Positions 37,355 to 48,998 of a stretch of 64,000 nucleotides of DNA are shown here, one piece after another. The stretch's first letter is position 1, and each line of letters starts with the position of its first letter. Position numbers and translations under genes: made by a program. This DNA is from an uncultured Puniceicoccaceae bacterium (GTDB taxonomy: Bacteria > Verrucomicrobiota > Verrucomicrobiia > Opitutales > Oceanipulchritudinaceae): contig CAWVVV010000001.1 in NCBI GenBank assembly GCA_963933835.1, forward strand, positions 288,001-352,000. The letters are read 5' to 3'. The notes under the pieces were generated by a model. The model was not told where the DNA came from, made no database searches, and saw only the letters and a list, made by a program, of their open reading frames with translations.

Positions 37355-37645
37355 GTGCATATAAGTCTCACCCACTCTCTCTTCTTTTTCGCAGCGATCA
37401 ACCTGCTATCCTTCCTCTCTTACGGCTGGGACAAATACGCAGCCCTACGGGGGCGATGGAGAACGCCTGAAAGAACGCTTTTAGTCCTCAGCTTTCTAGG
37501 GGGTCCTGGAGCCATCGCGGCGATCTATTTCTTCAAACACAAAAACCGTAAAACAAGGTATCTGATCTTTGCGGTTCCACTCGTGATCTTGGGTATCGCT
37601 TCACAACTTTGGTTGATCAACCGCTCAGGGATCGTCGGTGGCTAA
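37355..37645 (+). CDS. DUF1294 family membrane protein
   Basis: INLLSFLSYGWDK..A..GRWRTPERTL..L..LGG.GA.....FKHKNRK. Confidence 0.88.
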   Translation: MHISLTHSLFFFAAINLLSFLSYGWDKYAALRGRWRTPERTLLVLSFLGGPGAIAAIYFFKHKNRKTRYLIFAVPLVILGIASQLWLINRSGIVGG

Positions 37646-37880
37646 CGTGGTCGCAATGACTTCAGCTTAGATATAACCTAGGATCACTTTCGTTGACTTA
37701 TGGTTTGGTTAAATGAGACTCGCCCATCAGTCGCGAACAATGAGGCTTATAAGACGAGTCTCGAAAATGAATGGGACCAATTTTCGCCAAATGTGCAGAC
37801 CCAAGCCCAACGTAACCCAATTGTGTCATTTCGTGCATTCCACGGTGATTTCCCCAATATCAGACAACACTTGAATCAAA

Positions 37881-38141
37881 ATGACCTTCAATCTCGGCTG
37901 GTATAAACGCAACGAAGACAAGCGCCGCCTAAAAGTAAGCTGCGCACTCGTTCGCAAGGATCTCGAATGGAAGCAAAAGCCTGCTCGATTTGAGCGCTGG
38001 GAGGCAATGGAACCCCAGCCCGAAGACTGGGATGAGCTCCTAGATTCCGTCGAAAGGAACTATGTCCGCCGAAAGATATCGCCTGCAGATCGAGAGTTGA
38101 TCACCCGACTCCACAAGCAGCACACCAGCACAAAACCCTGA
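37881..38141 (+). CDS. Hypothetical small basic protein
   Basis: 86-aa ORF with ATG in intergenic space and protein-like composition (WDELLDSVERNYVRRK). Confidence 0.55.
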   Translation: MTFNLGWYKRNEDKRRLKVSCALVRKDLEWKQKPARFERWEAMEPQPEDWDELLDSVERNYVRRKISPADRELITRLHKQHTSTKP

Positions 38142-38194
38142 GGGAACACGTTTCCAATCAAGACTCAGTCCGAAGGATCGAACCTCGGCCCAGC

Positions 38195-39355
38195 TTAGCC
38201 ACCCACCACGCTGGCGAGGTTGAAGATCGGTAGGAACATCGCCATAACGATGCCACCAATCACGATACCGAGCACACAGATCAGAATCGGCTCCATCAAC
38301 GAAGTGAGGGAGTCTACCGTTGTCTGAATCTCAGCGTCATAAAAATCGCCGATCTTATTCATCATACCGTCAACATTACCGGTTTGCTCACCAGCTCGCG
38401 CCATGTGTTTCACTGTAGGCGGGAAATAGGGCAAGGTCGCTACGACATCTGAGAGCTGCCCACCCTGACTGATATTGCGACTGATATCGCGACATGCAGA
38501 CTCGATAAAGGTGTTACCACTCGCGGAGGATACGATTTCCAAACAACGCAAAATCGGCACCCCGGAACGGAGCAAAATCGCATAGGTGCGGCAAAAACGT
38601 GAGAGCGCGACCTTTTGAAGCAGGTTCCCCATAATCGGCATGCGATAGAAAATCTTATCCTTTACAACCCGCCCCTTCGGAGTCGCTGCCATCTTTTTGA
38701 TAAGAATGAACAAAGCAACTGTACCGACGATGAGGTAGACGATGTAGGACTTCAAAAAGTTAGACAGATCGATCAAGAACTGTGTCGGCGCAGGCAACTC
38801 CTTGCCGAAGCTCTCAAACATCTCCGCAAACACCGGGATAACGAAGATAAGCAGGACCTGCACAAGCGCAGTCGACATTCCGATCACCGCCACAGGATAC
38901 GTCATCGCACCCTTAACTTTCTTCATCAACGTGACCGTGTCTTCGAAGTAAATCGCCACTTTGGCCAGAATCTCTGCCAGACCACCTGAAGCCTCACCCG
39001 CCTCGACCATGGAAATGAAAAGATTCGGGAACGCTCGCGGATACTTACGGACCGCCTCGGAGAAGGCCGTCCCGCTCGCGATATCCTGCTTAACATTGCG
39101 AATGACGATCTGAAAGACCGGATCCTCCGTCTGCTCCTGAAGTGCCTCAAGCGCCGAAACCAACGGCAAGCCGGCTCCAAGCATAGACGAAAGCTGCTGA
39201 GTGAAGACCGTCAAATCAATCAGTTTCACTTTCTTCTTAGCCGCCTTCTTCTCGTAGGCTTTTTGTTTAGCCAGCCTTTGGTTTTCCATAAAACCGACCT
39301 TCTTTTTGGAGCGGGAAGAACCTTGGGCCGGAAGAGCTGATGTAATCATTGTCAT
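38195..39355 (-). CDS. pilC: Type II secretion F / type IV pilus PilC family platform protein
   Basis: FTQQLSSMLGAGLPL; MVEAGEASG; AMTYP; GEQTGNVD.M; MEP...AMFLPIF. Confidence 0.92.
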   Translation of the reverse strand: MTMITSALPAQGSSRSKKKVGFMENQRLAKQKAYEKKAAKKKVKLIDLTVFTQQLSSMLGAGLPLVSALEALQEQTEDPVFQIVIRNVKQDIASGTAFSEAVRKYPRAFPNLFISMVEAGEASGGLAEILAKVAIYFEDTVTLMKKVKGAMTYPVAVIGMSTALVQVLLIFVIPVFAEMFESFGKELPAPTQFLIDLSNFLKSYIVYLIVGTVALFILIKKMAATPKGRVVKDKIFYRMPIMGNLLQKVALSRFCRTYAILLRSGVPILRCLEIVSSASGNTFIESACRDISRNISQGGQLSDVVATLPYFPPTVKHMARAGEQTGNVDGMMNKIGDFYDAEIQTTVDSLTSLMEPILICVLGIVIGGIVMAMFLPIFNLASVVGG

Positions 39356-39586
39356 GGCGATAAAAGCTAAAGATTTTCTTCGAACGAAAAATCACAGAGA
39401 GTTCTCTGCAGACTATGCCCCATACATCGCCTCTGCCTGAGACCCCTTTAGGCTCTATTAACAAGAGTGTGCGAATCGAATGTAAAAGTGTCCGATTCGA
39501 GGCGCACAGACTCTGGGCTTGACGCACGAATGCGAGCCAGTGTTAGTTCCCATCCTTCCTGATTGAAGCACGATCAATCGCAATAA

Positions 39587-39660
39587 GCGGGCGTCGTTTA
39601 GTGGTAAGACCCTAGCCTTCCAAGCTAGTGATGGGGGTTCGATTCCCCCCGCCCGCACCA
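39587..39660 (+). tRNA. tRNA-Gly(TCC)
   Basis: GCGGGCGTCGTTTAGTGGTAAGACCCTAGCCTTCCAAGCTAG...GTTCGATTCC...CCCGCACCA. Confidence 0.95.
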
Positions 39661-39750
39661 TTTACCACTAGGCCTTGGATTGTGGAAATGGGCAGCACCT
39701 GTTAAACTTTTGGCTGTCGCTCTACGCCGCTTCGCCTTCAACTGGGGAAG

Positions 39751-40542
39751 ATGTCAGAAACTCCCTCAGACGGACTCGAAGCCCGCCTCGCTGCGCTCGA
39801 AGAAGCCCACCAAAATCTCCTTGGTGACTTTAAGCACCTCCGTAACTTTTTTTACCGTCAGCATTTCTACACTCATCGGCTGCTTGAGAAGGCCTTTCAA
39901 GTCGCCTGCTTCGGTGACTACCTCGAGTTCGGGGTTTTTGAAGGCGCGTCGATGATCCAAAGTTATAATGCTTCAAAGCGCATCTTCCAACTGATGGAAG
40001 ACGGCCACTGGGATGCTGGCTCAGCAGAGGTGGACAAAAAGGAGAGTTACCGAGAGGCGTGGGAAAAGATGCGCTTCATCGGGTTCGATACCTTTGAAGG
40101 GATGCCGACCCTGAACGAAATAGATGCCACCTACGACATGTTCGAAGAAGGCTCTTTCGTCACGACCTTGGATAAATGCCGAACAAACATTTCCAAAGCG
40201 GGCGTACCCGAAAAACAGTTCCAACTCGTCAAAGGCCGTTTCGAGGAGAGCCTCAATGAGCAAACATCTAGCGATCTAAATTTGAAAGCGGTCTCAATCG
40301 TAAACATCGACTGCGACCTCTACTCATCTGCTCTCAAGGCCCTCGAGTTTGTCACACCCTACCTCCAAGACGGAAGTATCATCATCTTTGACGAGTGGTA
40401 TCACTACAAAGGCAACCCAAGTCTCGGTGAACAGCGTGCCTTTCACGAGTGGAAGGCAAAGAATCCTCAGCTCATCCTGAACGAGTTCCACAAAGAAGGT
40501 CCTTACCGGAACTCCTTCATTGTCACGACAAAGACCTACTGA
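39751..40542 (+). CDS. TylF/MycF/NovP-like O-methyltransferase
   Basis: GDYLEFGVFEG, GFDTFEGMP, LVKGRFEESL, IDCDLYSS, GSIIIFDEW, GEQRAF. Confidence 0.88.
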   Translation: MSETPSDGLEARLAALEEAHQNLLGDFKHLRNFFYRQHFYTHRLLEKAFQVACFGDYLEFGVFEGASMIQSYNASKRIFQLMEDGHWDAGSAEVDKKESYREAWEKMRFIGFDTFEGMPTLNEIDATYDMFEEGSFVTTLDKCRTNISKAGVPEKQFQLVKGRFEESLNEQTSSDLNLKAVSIVNIDCDLYSSALKALEFVTPYLQDGSIIIFDEWYHYKGNPSLGEQRAFHEWKAKNPQLILNEFHKEGPYRNSFIVTTKTY

Positions 40543-40553
40543 CGTCGCGCATT

Positions 40554-41270
40554 GTGAACCTCATCCTCTTCGAAGAACGCAAGAGCCACTACACGCTCTC
40601 AACGGGAGACCCACGCTTCGACCACATTCGCGGGGTCCTCAAACTAGGCGTCGGCGATGCCTTCATGGTCGGAGCCGTCGATGGTCCTCGTGGCGATGCA
40701 GAGATTCTCAAGATTGAGAAGACCGCTATCGAGGTCGCCATCACTTGGGATCGCGAAGCCATGCCGCCGCCGCCGGAGATCCACCTGATCCTGGCCATCC
40801 CTCGGCCGGCTACAGCACGCAAGGTTCTCTTCGACGCGACCACCCTTGGCGTCCACTCCTTTCATTTCTTCGCTGCCGAAAAAGGGGATCCGTCTTATGA
40901 AAAATCAAGCCTCTGGACTGAAGAAAAATGGAGATCGCATATTTTCAAAGGTGCTGAGCAAGCATTCAACACGGCTATCCCGAAGGTCACCGTATCCAAA
41001 AGTCTAGACAAAGCGCTCACTCTAGCGAGCACCGTAAGGACACGAGCGGCCTTAGATGTCTATGAAGGCACCACCCCTTATAGCGCGTGCACGGTTGAGC
41101 TACCGATGGCACTGGCGATCGGCGGAGAACGCGGCTGGTCCCCAAGAGAGCGCACTACCCTTCGGCAAGCAGGCTTTAGCCTCTACACCCTTGGCGACCG
41201 TGTCCTTCGCGTCGAAACCGCTGTAACCGCGGCGCTGGCGCTCACCCTCGCCAAAATTGGCTGCGTTTAG
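40554..41270 (+). CDS. rsmE: 16S rRNA m3U1498 methyltransferase RsmE-like
   Basis: HIRGVLK; AIGGERGWS; LGDRVLRVETA; start placed at GTG 40554. Confidence 0.88.
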   Translation: MNLILFEERKSHYTLSTGDPRFDHIRGVLKLGVGDAFMVGAVDGPRGDAEILKIEKTAIEVAITWDREAMPPPPEIHLILAIPRPATARKVLFDATTLGVHSFHFFAAEKGDPSYEKSSLWTEEKWRSHIFKGAEQAFNTAIPKVTVSKSLDKALTLASTVRTRAALDVYEGTTPYSACTVELPMALAIGGERGWSPRERTTLRQAGFSLYTLGDRVLRVETAVTAALALTLAKIGCV

Positions 41271-41274
41271 GACC

Positions 41275-42909
41275 TCACTCCTCTGGCGCCTCAAGACTTC
41301 GTAGAACTCTAAAATAGGCAGGGGCTTGAAGTGCTTCCGCTTCCGGAAATAGTAAAGACTCAGTCGTTTCGAGCGTCCATATCCAATCAGTATAATCAGA
41401 GAGGAACGCGGCGTCAGGATGGCTGCCCGTCTGCAGCTTATAGTAAGCCCCTCGAACAGAGTTCCAATCCAACTGAACACTCCCTGCACTGATCTTTGAG
41501 AACGACAAATTGATCGATTCGTCGAGAATACTTCCGTCGAAATAGCGCTTAGCAAGGCCCCACGCGGTAATCCCACAGACTGAACCCATCACTCATCCCG
41601 GACCATCGTCGATCGGAACGTGAATACCACCATACAGTCGAGACAGCCCCGCTTGATCCGCCGCATCGTAGTATGTGCCCCACTGTAGCCGAACATCACT
41701 ACTTGGGCCTGGTTCAAAATTGAGAAATTCGTTTTGAAGGGCAACAAACTCCCCAATGCCACCTGGAAAGAACGCATCACCTGTTATGCGGGTTAGGACC
41801 TCAGCTGCTGCCCGACTAAATGTGCTGTGCCCTGATACATAGCCTGGAAAGGCTGGCGTCACAAAGGTATCACGTTGGTAAGGTAACCAGTCGACTGCTC
41901 GTATCCATTCAACGCTACCCTCCGCCTCATCAGGACCTGCCGACCACGCTCGAATTGCAATCTCACCGACATAGACAGCCAGATGTTCATGATGCATTCC
42001 AGATGCCGAGGTGGCTGGAGTGATCAATTCGATCAATCCATCGACGAGGGGGAGCCCCTCCGGATGGTACGCAGGGCCCAAGGTGTCCGATGACTGCCCC
42101 TTGCCTCCTAGGTAGCGGATGCTACTGATGGGCCTCACGTAATCGTAGATACGTTTAACGCCCCAGGCAGCGATGGCCGAATCATGCAGTGCGCCATTCA
42201 AGGCGAGATACATTTTCACATCCCACTGCAAAGTGTCTATCTCTGGGCCAACCCCAGCAAAGCGTCTTTCGAAATCAGGGTGTTCATGTAGTTCATTTGC
42301 CAAAACATTCCAATGCCCCGGAGGTGTTTCAGACTCAGGCCCATCGGCCCAAAACTCTGCAAGCACGCGGCCGAAATCGGCATGCTTCACAACATTAGAG
42401 TCATAGGCCGCATTGATTGCAGGATTCAATGGGTGACCAAGCCCATCATTGGACCCGAGGGTATTGTTCCCAATCGCGCCAGGGGATATATCAATATTCA
42501 ACGACTGACTTGGGTCGAGCAGACTACTGTATCCGATCACTGATACGTTCCCATCTTTAAACTCCGCGTCTCTTGTCCCACCCAAAAACGGCGGCGGACC
42601 CGGATCGAGATGTAGCCATTCATTCTCTCCAAGCGAGCTCAACGCAAACGGCCGAACCCCTCCCCAGTGTGGACCCAAGATCGTCTGCACGAGATCCGTA
42701 GTCTGTTCGTTTTGGGTAAACGCGACTTCAAAGAGAAGTGGTTGCCAACGATTCGGATCGGCCATAACCGTCCGGCTCTCGGCTAGAGGCAAAGGATCGT
42801 TCTGAGGAATATAGGCACCATCGAAGAATCCATCTAGATCATCCCACCCATCTGATTCCGCGTAAGCCAATACGGCCGTCGTGCCGAACGATCCGTCAAT
42901 AGCGCTCAA
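41275..42909 (-). pseudogene. Vanadium-dependent haloperoxidase/PAP2-like protein, 5'-truncated and with an in-frame TGA at 41593-41595
   Basis: Motifs KRIYDYVRP, PAFPGYVSGHS and SRLYGGIHVPID; DDGPG-TGA-VMGSVCG continues in frame into ORF 41275..41592; no signal peptide or N-terminal region. Confidence 0.8.
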
Positions 42910-43342
42910 TTTCGAATTCTACACCAAGCGTCCGCTCCTTAACTTCGAGATCCAAGGCTTTTACTCCGAAGCCGAGCGCGCAGAACTCGTCGCCGAGGCT
43001 CTCGAAGAAACACTGCTCTCAGAGTGGAATAAGCGACCGGAACCCGTGCGCGAGCCCTACACCCGCGAACGCCCTCGAATCCTACGGCAATTGGCCAACG
43101 ATACTGGAATTGCCACTCAAGACACCGAGGGCAACTCGCTCCCGCTCGAAGAGATTGAATCATCACTCTTAGAGACCGTTGCGATCGAAGATGATGCCCT
43201 CCTCGAGCTTGCTTCTGAGCGCGCCAGCTCCGTTCAAAAAGCCATGATTGCCAAGGGGTTTGCTGCGAACGACCTCTCCCTTCTAGCTCCACAGGAAACC
43301 GACGAGCTGAAGGCATTCGTTCGCCTAGGGATTCGCCCATAG
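42881..43342 (+). pseudogene. C-terminal fragment of a larger protein, resembling the DUF748 C-terminus
   Basis: KRP.L.FEIQG...LLELASERASSVQKAMI..G pattern; no credible start; overlaps the truncated 5' end of the opposite-strand gene. Confidence 0.5.
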
Positions 43343-43526
43343 ATCTGGCGGCGTATTAGATTTTCTGTTATCAGGATATTCAGTCCTTTTACTTATAAGG
43401 GTTACTAATTTCATGTGTTTAGAATCCCTCGACCCTTAATCCTTTCGGGAAGGTGGCCGGATTCGGTTGTTTTTAGAAAAGAGCAACCTAATGATTATTA
43501 ACTGGTCCTCAAATGAGGCATCAACC

Positions 43527-46334
43527 ATGAGCAACCCTACATTCGCGAACCGTTGGAACGCCGATCTAATCGACGAGCGCTACGCCCAATGGCAAGAAAG
43601 TCCCGACTCACTTGACGCCACTTGGCGGGCCTTTTTTGAGGGCTTTGAGCTAGCTTCCGAACACGCTACGAGCAATGGGGGGAGCGTCCCCTCCAGCTCA
43701 ACGTCGCCCGCTGCGACCTTGCCACCGAACAAGGGCTACACGCGCAACCCGCTCCCGACAGAGGATCGCGACCTCGCGATGAAGCAGGCACGCTTCACGG
43801 GTGCGATCTATGCCTACCGCTCAATAGGGCACACTCAGGCCGCGATCAATCCACTCTCCAAAGAGTTTGTTCCCAACCCCCGCCTCAGCCTCGAACGCCT
43901 CGGGTTTTCGCAGGACGACCAGGAAGAGAACTTCTGGAGTGGAAACTACATGGATGGCCAAGAGCTCTCCGTGCGCGAACTCCTCGACCGTCTCAAACAG
44001 ACCTACTGCGGATCTATCGGAGTCGAATATCTCCATATCCAAGAAACGCATCTGCGCCGCTGGCTTCAGGCCAAAATGGAGCCAAGCTGCAACCATCCAG
44101 ACTTACCTGACGCAAAGAAAAAGCGCATCCTTGACCGCATCATCAAGGCCGAGGAATTCGAGCAATTCCTCCACTCCCACTTCCCTGGTCAAAAGCGCTT
44201 CGGTCTCCAAGGTGGAGAGACCATTATAGCGGCCCTCGATGGACTGCTTGAACATGGCCCGAGTGTCGGCGTTTCTGAATACGTTCTCGGAATGGCTCAC
44301 CGAGGTCGCCTCAACGTTCTCTCTAGTATCCTTCGCAAAAGTTTCGCATACATCTTTCACGAGTTCTCTCCCAACTATCAGCCCGACACCACGTTCGGAG
44401 ACGGCGATGTAAAATACCACCTCGGCTTCGAAGGCGAATTACTGAATACAAAGGAAGAGCTTGTTAAGGTTCATCTGGCCGCTAACCCGAGCCACTTGGA
44501 AGCCGTCAATCCCGTCGTCGAAGGTCGCGCGCGCGCGCTCCAGCGCCTCCTCGATGATACCGAGAAGCGCAATAAGGTCGTCCCTATCCTCATTCACGGT
44601 GACGCTGCCTTTGCTGGTCAGGGCATCGTCGCAGAAGTCCTCAACTTCTCTCAGCTCCCCGGCTACAGTACCGGTGGAACGATCCACTTCATCATCAATA
44701 ACCAGATCGGATTCACCACCGATCCAACAGAGGCGCGTAGCTCACGCTATTGCACCGATGTGGCTAAGATGATCGAAGCACCTATTTTTCACGTCAACGG
44801 TGACGATCCTGAAGCGATGCTTCATGCCACCGAGATGGCACTCGAATTCCGGCAGGAGTTCGGTCGCGATGTCGTCATCGACATGTATTGCTACCGCCGC
44901 CTCGGTCATAACGAAAGCGACGAGCCAGCGTTTACGCAGCCCAACCTTTACAAGAGCATCAAGAACCACCCAACCGTCGTTGACCTCTACCAGCGCAAGC
45001 TGATCGATGAAGGCACCCTCACGGCCGACGAAGTCAAAGCAGTCAAAGACCGCTGGCAGGGTGGCATGAAGAAGTTTTTTGAAGAAACGAAGGCACGCGA
45101 AGAAGCTGGGGAAACAATTATTGAGCCACGGGACGGCCCTGTAGCGAATTACCAACCTGCATACGCGTTCAAAGACATCGAAACGCAGATCCCTCGAGAT
45201 AAGCTCGATCATCTCGCCCACGGCCTCGTCCGCATCCCGGAGGACTTCAACGTCAATCCGAAGATCAAGCGACAGCTCGCAACCAAGTTAAAAAAGTACG
45301 AGAGCGATAGCGGCATCGACTGGTCCTTTGCGGAATCCCTCGCCTGGGGTGGACTCATGATGGAAGGGATCGACGTGCGCCTCTCCGGCCAAGATGTCGC
45401 TCGCGGCACCTTCAGTCAGCGACACGCCGTGTTTTACGACGCCAAGACCCGAGAGAAACACCTCCCATTGCTCGAAATGGAAGGCCGGACCGGCAAACTG
45501 TGTGTGCACAATTCCTGCCTTTCTGAGGTAGCCGTCCTCGGTTTCGACTACGGCTATTCACTGGACTACCATAATATGCTCTGCATGTGGGAAGCGCAGT
45601 TCGGTGACTTTGTAAATGGGGCTCAAGTCATCATCGACCAGTTTATAAGCTGTTCCGAATCAAAGTGGACCCGAGTCAGTGGTCTCGTCATGCTTCTACC
45701 ACACGGCTACGAAGGCCAAGGGCCAGAGCACTCAAGCGCACGCCTCGAACGATTCCTCCAGCTCTGCGCCGAGGACAACATCCAAGTCGCGAACTGCTCT
45801 ACTCCAGCCCAGTATTTCCACATTCTGCGGCGCCAAATGCACCGCGACTTCCGCAAGCCACTCATTCTCATGACCCCGAAAAGCCTCCTCCGTCACAAGG
45901 AATGCGTATCCAGTATCTCAGACTTCACTGACACCGGCTTCAGCTCAATCCTCGCTGACGTAGAGCCACCTAAAAAAGCAAATCGCGTCATTCTCTGCTC
46001 CGGCAAGGTCTACTACGACCTTCTCGCCTATCGTCGTGAAAACTCCATTACAGACACAGCGATCGTGCGCATCGAGCAGTTCTATCCTTTTAATTCTGAG
46101 CGTCTAAAAAAGATTATTAACAAATACCAGGGCGCTGAGACCATCGTATGGTGCCAGGAGGAGTCGAAAAACATGGGAGCTTGGTCATTTCTTAAGCCCT
46201 ACTTCGACGAAGCCCTCGATTCCGGCGTCCTCTATGCCGGACGCACAGCATCTGCTAGCCCCGCGGTCGGCAACCTCCACACCCACACCGTCGAGCAAAA
46301 CGAGCTCATCCAAGACGCTTTCACACAAAACTAA
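43527..46334 (+). CDS. sucA: 2-oxoglutarate dehydrogenase E1
   Basis: [49 protein letters not shown]; start placed at ATG 43527. Confidence 0.97.
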   Translation: MSNPTFANRWNADLIDERYAQWQESPDSLDATWRAFFEGFELASEHATSNGGSVPSSSTSPAATLPPNKGYTRNPLPTEDRDLAMKQARFTGAIYAYRSIGHTQAAINPLSKEFVPNPRLSLERLGFSQDDQEENFWSGNYMDGQELSVRELLDRLKQTYCGSIGVEYLHIQETHLRRWLQAKMEPSCNHPDLPDAKKKRILDRIIKAEEFEQFLHSHFPGQKRFGLQGGETIIAALDGLLEHGPSVGVSEYVLGMAHRGRLNVLSSILRKSFAYIFHEFSPNYQPDTTFGDGDVKYHLGFEGELLNTKEELVKVHLAANPSHLEAVNPVVEGRARALQRLLDDTEKRNKVVPILIHGDAAFAGQGIVAEVLNFSQLPGYSTGGTIHFIINNQIGFTTDPTEARSSRYCTDVAKMIEAPIFHVNGDDPEAMLHATEMALEFRQEFGRDVVIDMYCYRRLGHNESDEPAFTQPNLYKSIKNHPTVVDLYQRKLIDEGTLTADEVKAVKDRWQGGMKKFFEETKAREEAGETIIEPRDGPVANYQPAYAFKDIETQIPRDKLDHLAHGLVRIPEDFNVNPKIKRQLATKLKKYESDSGIDWSFAESLAWGGLMMEGIDVRLSGQDVARGTFSQRHAVFYDAKTREKHLPLLEMEGRTGKLCVHNSCLSEVAVLGFDYGYSLDYHNMLCMWEAQFGDFVNGAQVIIDQFISCSESKWTRVSGLVMLLPHGYEGQGPEHSSARLERFLQLCAEDNIQVANCSTPAQYFHILRRQMHRDFRKPLILMTPKSLLRHKECVSSISDFTDTGFSSILADVEPPKKANRVILCSGKVYYDLLAYRRENSITDTAIVRIEQFYPFNSERLKKIINKYQGAETIVWCQEESKNMGAWSFLKPYFDEALDSGVLYAGRTASASPAVGNLHTHTVEQNELIQDAFTQN

Positions 46335-46360
46335 TCGCGCGCACCCTTCCCCCTCATTTC

Positions 46361-47554
46361 ATGGCAACAGAAGTCATCGTCCCTACCCTCGGAGAGTCTA
46401 TCTCATCCGGTATCCTAGCACAGTGGCACGTCGCCGATGGCGACTATGTCGAGAGCGGCCAAGCCCTCTTTGATCTAGAAACTGATAAAATCACCTCGGA
46501 AGGCACCGCCGACGTTGCAGGCGTCGTCTCGCACAAAGTCGAAGAAGGCGACGAAGTGGATGTCGGATCGGTCATCGCCACGATCGATGAAAGTACATCT
46601 GCGCCAGCAGGCAGCACGGAAGAAGCAACACCTTCCGAAGAGGCCGCGCCCGCAGCTTCAGCTAAAGAGCATCCCGACTCGCCTGCCGTGCGCCGCATAG
46701 CCGAAGAATCAGGCATCGACTCGAAGTCTGTCACCGGCACTGGCAAAGAGGGTCGCGTGACTAAAGGTGACATGCTGGCCGCCGAGAAAGCACCCAAAGC
46801 GAGTGCTCCAGCTCCAGCCGCGAAACCAGCTCCCGTTAAAGCGGCCGCACCGGGCGAGCGCACGACGCGCAAAAAGATGACACCACTGCGCCGCACAATT
46901 GCTAAGCGCCTTGTCGCCGCCCAGCAGTCCACCGCCATGCTCACGACCTTCAACGAAGTGGATATGTCCGCTGTAATGAAGATCCGCAAGCTGCACCAAG
47001 AAGACTTCGTGAAGAAGAATGGCCTCAAGCTTGGCTTCATGAGTTTCTTCACCAAGGCCGTCGTCCACGCCCTCGAAGCCGTCCCTGCGGTCAATGCTCA
47101 GATCGAAGGCGACGAGATCATTCAAAACCACTATTACGATGTCAGTATCGCGGTGAGTACCCCCAAGGGTCTCATGGTTCCCGTCATCCGTGATTGTGAC
47201 TCGAAAGGATTCGCTCAGATCGAACAAGACATCATCACCTACGCCACCAAGGCCCGTGATGCGAAAATCGCCATGGACGACCTCCAAGGCGGCGTCTTCA
47301 CCATCACCAACGGCGGAATTTTCGGCTCGATGCTTTCAACCCCGATCCTCAACCAACCGCAGTCGGCTATCCTTGGCATGCACACCATCCAAGAACGTCC
47401 CGTTGCCGTGAACGGTGAAGTGGTCATCCGTCCAATGATGTATTTGGCCCTTTCTTACGATCACCGCATCGTCGATGGCAAAGAAGCTGTCACCTTCCTC
47501 GTTAAGGTGAAACAAGCCATCGAAGACCCAACTCGACTTCTCTTCGGTATCTAA
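46361..47554 (+). CDS. sucB: Dihydrolipoamide succinyltransferase E2
   Basis: LETDK lipoyl site; [21 protein letters not shown]. Confidence 0.97.
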   Translation: MATEVIVPTLGESISSGILAQWHVADGDYVESGQALFDLETDKITSEGTADVAGVVSHKVEEGDEVDVGSVIATIDESTSAPAGSTEEATPSEEAAPAASAKEHPDSPAVRRIAEESGIDSKSVTGTGKEGRVTKGDMLAAEKAPKASAPAPAAKPAPVKAAAPGERTTRKKMTPLRRTIAKRLVAAQQSTAMLTTFNEVDMSAVMKIRKLHQEDFVKKNGLKLGFMSFFTKAVVHALEAVPAVNAQIEGDEIIQNHYYDVSIAVSTPKGLMVPVIRDCDSKGFAQIEQDIITYATKARDAKIAMDDLQGGVFTITNGGIFGSMLSTPILNQPQSAILGMHTIQERPVAVNGEVVIRPMMYLALSYDHRIVDGKEAVTFLVKVKQAIEDPTRLLFGI

Positions 47555-47579
47555 GACCCCCCTCTTTTAGAAAGACATT

Positions 47580-48980
47580 ATGAGCGACTCATCGTTTGAC
47601 CTCGTCGTTATTGGCTCGGGCCCTGGAGGCTATGTCTGCGCGATCCGCGCAGCTCAACTCGGCCTCAAAACCGCCATCATCGAGAAAGACTCTAACCTCG
47701 GCGGCACCTGCCTGAATGTTGGCTGTATTCCGAGCAAAGCGCTCCTTCACTCATCGCACCTTTTCCACCAAGCCGCCCACGGCGAAGTCCACGGAATCAA
47801 AGCCAAGGGCATCGAGCTCGACCTGACGGCGATGATGAAGCGCAAAGACGGCGTGGTCGAGCAACTGCGTGGTGGCGTCGGCATGTTGCTCAAGCAACGC
47901 GGTGTATCCATTTTTAAAGGACACGGTAGCTTTGTCGGCCCCGGAAAAATTGAAATCAAAGGCGACAAAAGCACTGAAACGATCGAGGCAAAGAACACTG
48001 TTATCGCAACCGGCTCCGTTCCGGTAGAACTACCCTTTCTGAAGTTCGACGGCGATAAAGTCGTCTCCAGCGACCACGGGATTGCCTTCGACGAAGTGCC
48101 TAAGCGCCTCGTCGTGATTGGCGGTGGAGCGATCGGCCTTGAGCTCGGTTCCGTCTGGGCGCGCCTCGGCAGCGAGGTGAGCATCGTAGAATTCCTCCCT
48201 TCTATCGCTGGCGGGCTCGATGCTGATATCAGCAAGCTCGTCGAACGTATCTTTAAGAAACAGGGCCTCAAGATTCACACCCAAACAAAGGTGACCGAAG
48301 CAAGCGTCACCGCAAAGGGCGTCACGCTCAAAGCCGAGAAGAAGGGCAAGCCGATCGAATATGAAGCCGACAAGGTGCTCGTATCCGTTGGGCGCAAAGC
48401 TTTCACCGGGACTGTCGGTCTCGATAAAGTCGGCGTTAAAACCGATGAACGCGGACGTATTGTAGTGGACGAAAAGCTACGCACGGGTGTCGATGGCATC
48501 TGGGCGATCGGCGATGTCATCGCCGGGCCGATGCTGGCCCACAAAGCTGAGGAAGATGGCGTTGCTGTCGCCGAATGGATCGCAGGCAAGGCAGGCCACA
48601 CCGACTGGGATGCCGTTCCAGGAGTGATCTACACCGAGCCTGAAATCGCTACGGTAGGACTTTCCGAAGCCGCCGCGAAGGAAGCGGGCATACCGGTAAA
48701 AATCGGCAAGTTTCCACTGCAAGCAAACGGCCGGGCGATCGCGCAAGCCGCCACTGACGGCATCGCAAAGCTGGTCGCACACGCTGAAACGGATCGCCTC
48801 CTCGGCGCTACAATTGTTGCGGCCGGTGCTTCCGAGATGGTCGCATCGATCAGTGCGCACATGGTCTACGGCGGAAGCGCAGAGGACCTCGCCCGCACGG
48901 TTCACGCCCATCCGACGATCTCCGAATCGATCAAGGAATCGGCTATGGCAGTTGACGGATGGTCGATCCATTCCCTTTGA
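47580..48980 (+). CDS. lpdA: Dihydrolipoamide dehydrogenase E3
   Basis: GSGPGGY, GGTCLNVGCIPSK, HAHPTISE. Confidence 0.97.
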   Translation: MSDSSFDLVVIGSGPGGYVCAIRAAQLGLKTAIIEKDSNLGGTCLNVGCIPSKALLHSSHLFHQAAHGEVHGIKAKGIELDLTAMMKRKDGVVEQLRGGVGMLLKQRGVSIFKGHGSFVGPGKIEIKGDKSTETIEAKNTVIATGSVPVELPFLKFDGDKVVSSDHGIAFDEVPKRLVVIGGGAIGLELGSVWARLGSEVSIVEFLPSIAGGLDADISKLVERIFKKQGLKIHTQTKVTEASVTAKGVTLKAEKKGKPIEYEADKVLVSVGRKAFTGTVGLDKVGVKTDERGRIVVDEKLRTGVDGIWAIGDVIAGPMLAHKAEEDGVAVAEWIAGKAGHTDWDAVPGVIYTEPEIATVGLSEAAAKEAGIPVKIGKFPLQANGRAIAQAATDGIAKLVAHAETDRLLGATIVAAGASEMVASISAHMVYGGSAEDLARTVHAHPTISESIKESAMAVDGWSIHSL

Positions 48981-48998
48981 TGGTGCCCGAACCATCCA

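Noticed and set aside
39587..43342. Genomic island inserted at tRNA-Gly
   Set aside because: No integrase and no duplicated tRNA 3' end found; rsmE follows closely.
43465..43488. Hairpin GGTTGTTTTT-agaa-AAGAGCAACC upstream of sucA as a sucA RNA motif
   Set aside because: A single weak stem; insufficient resemblance to known sucA motifs to call.
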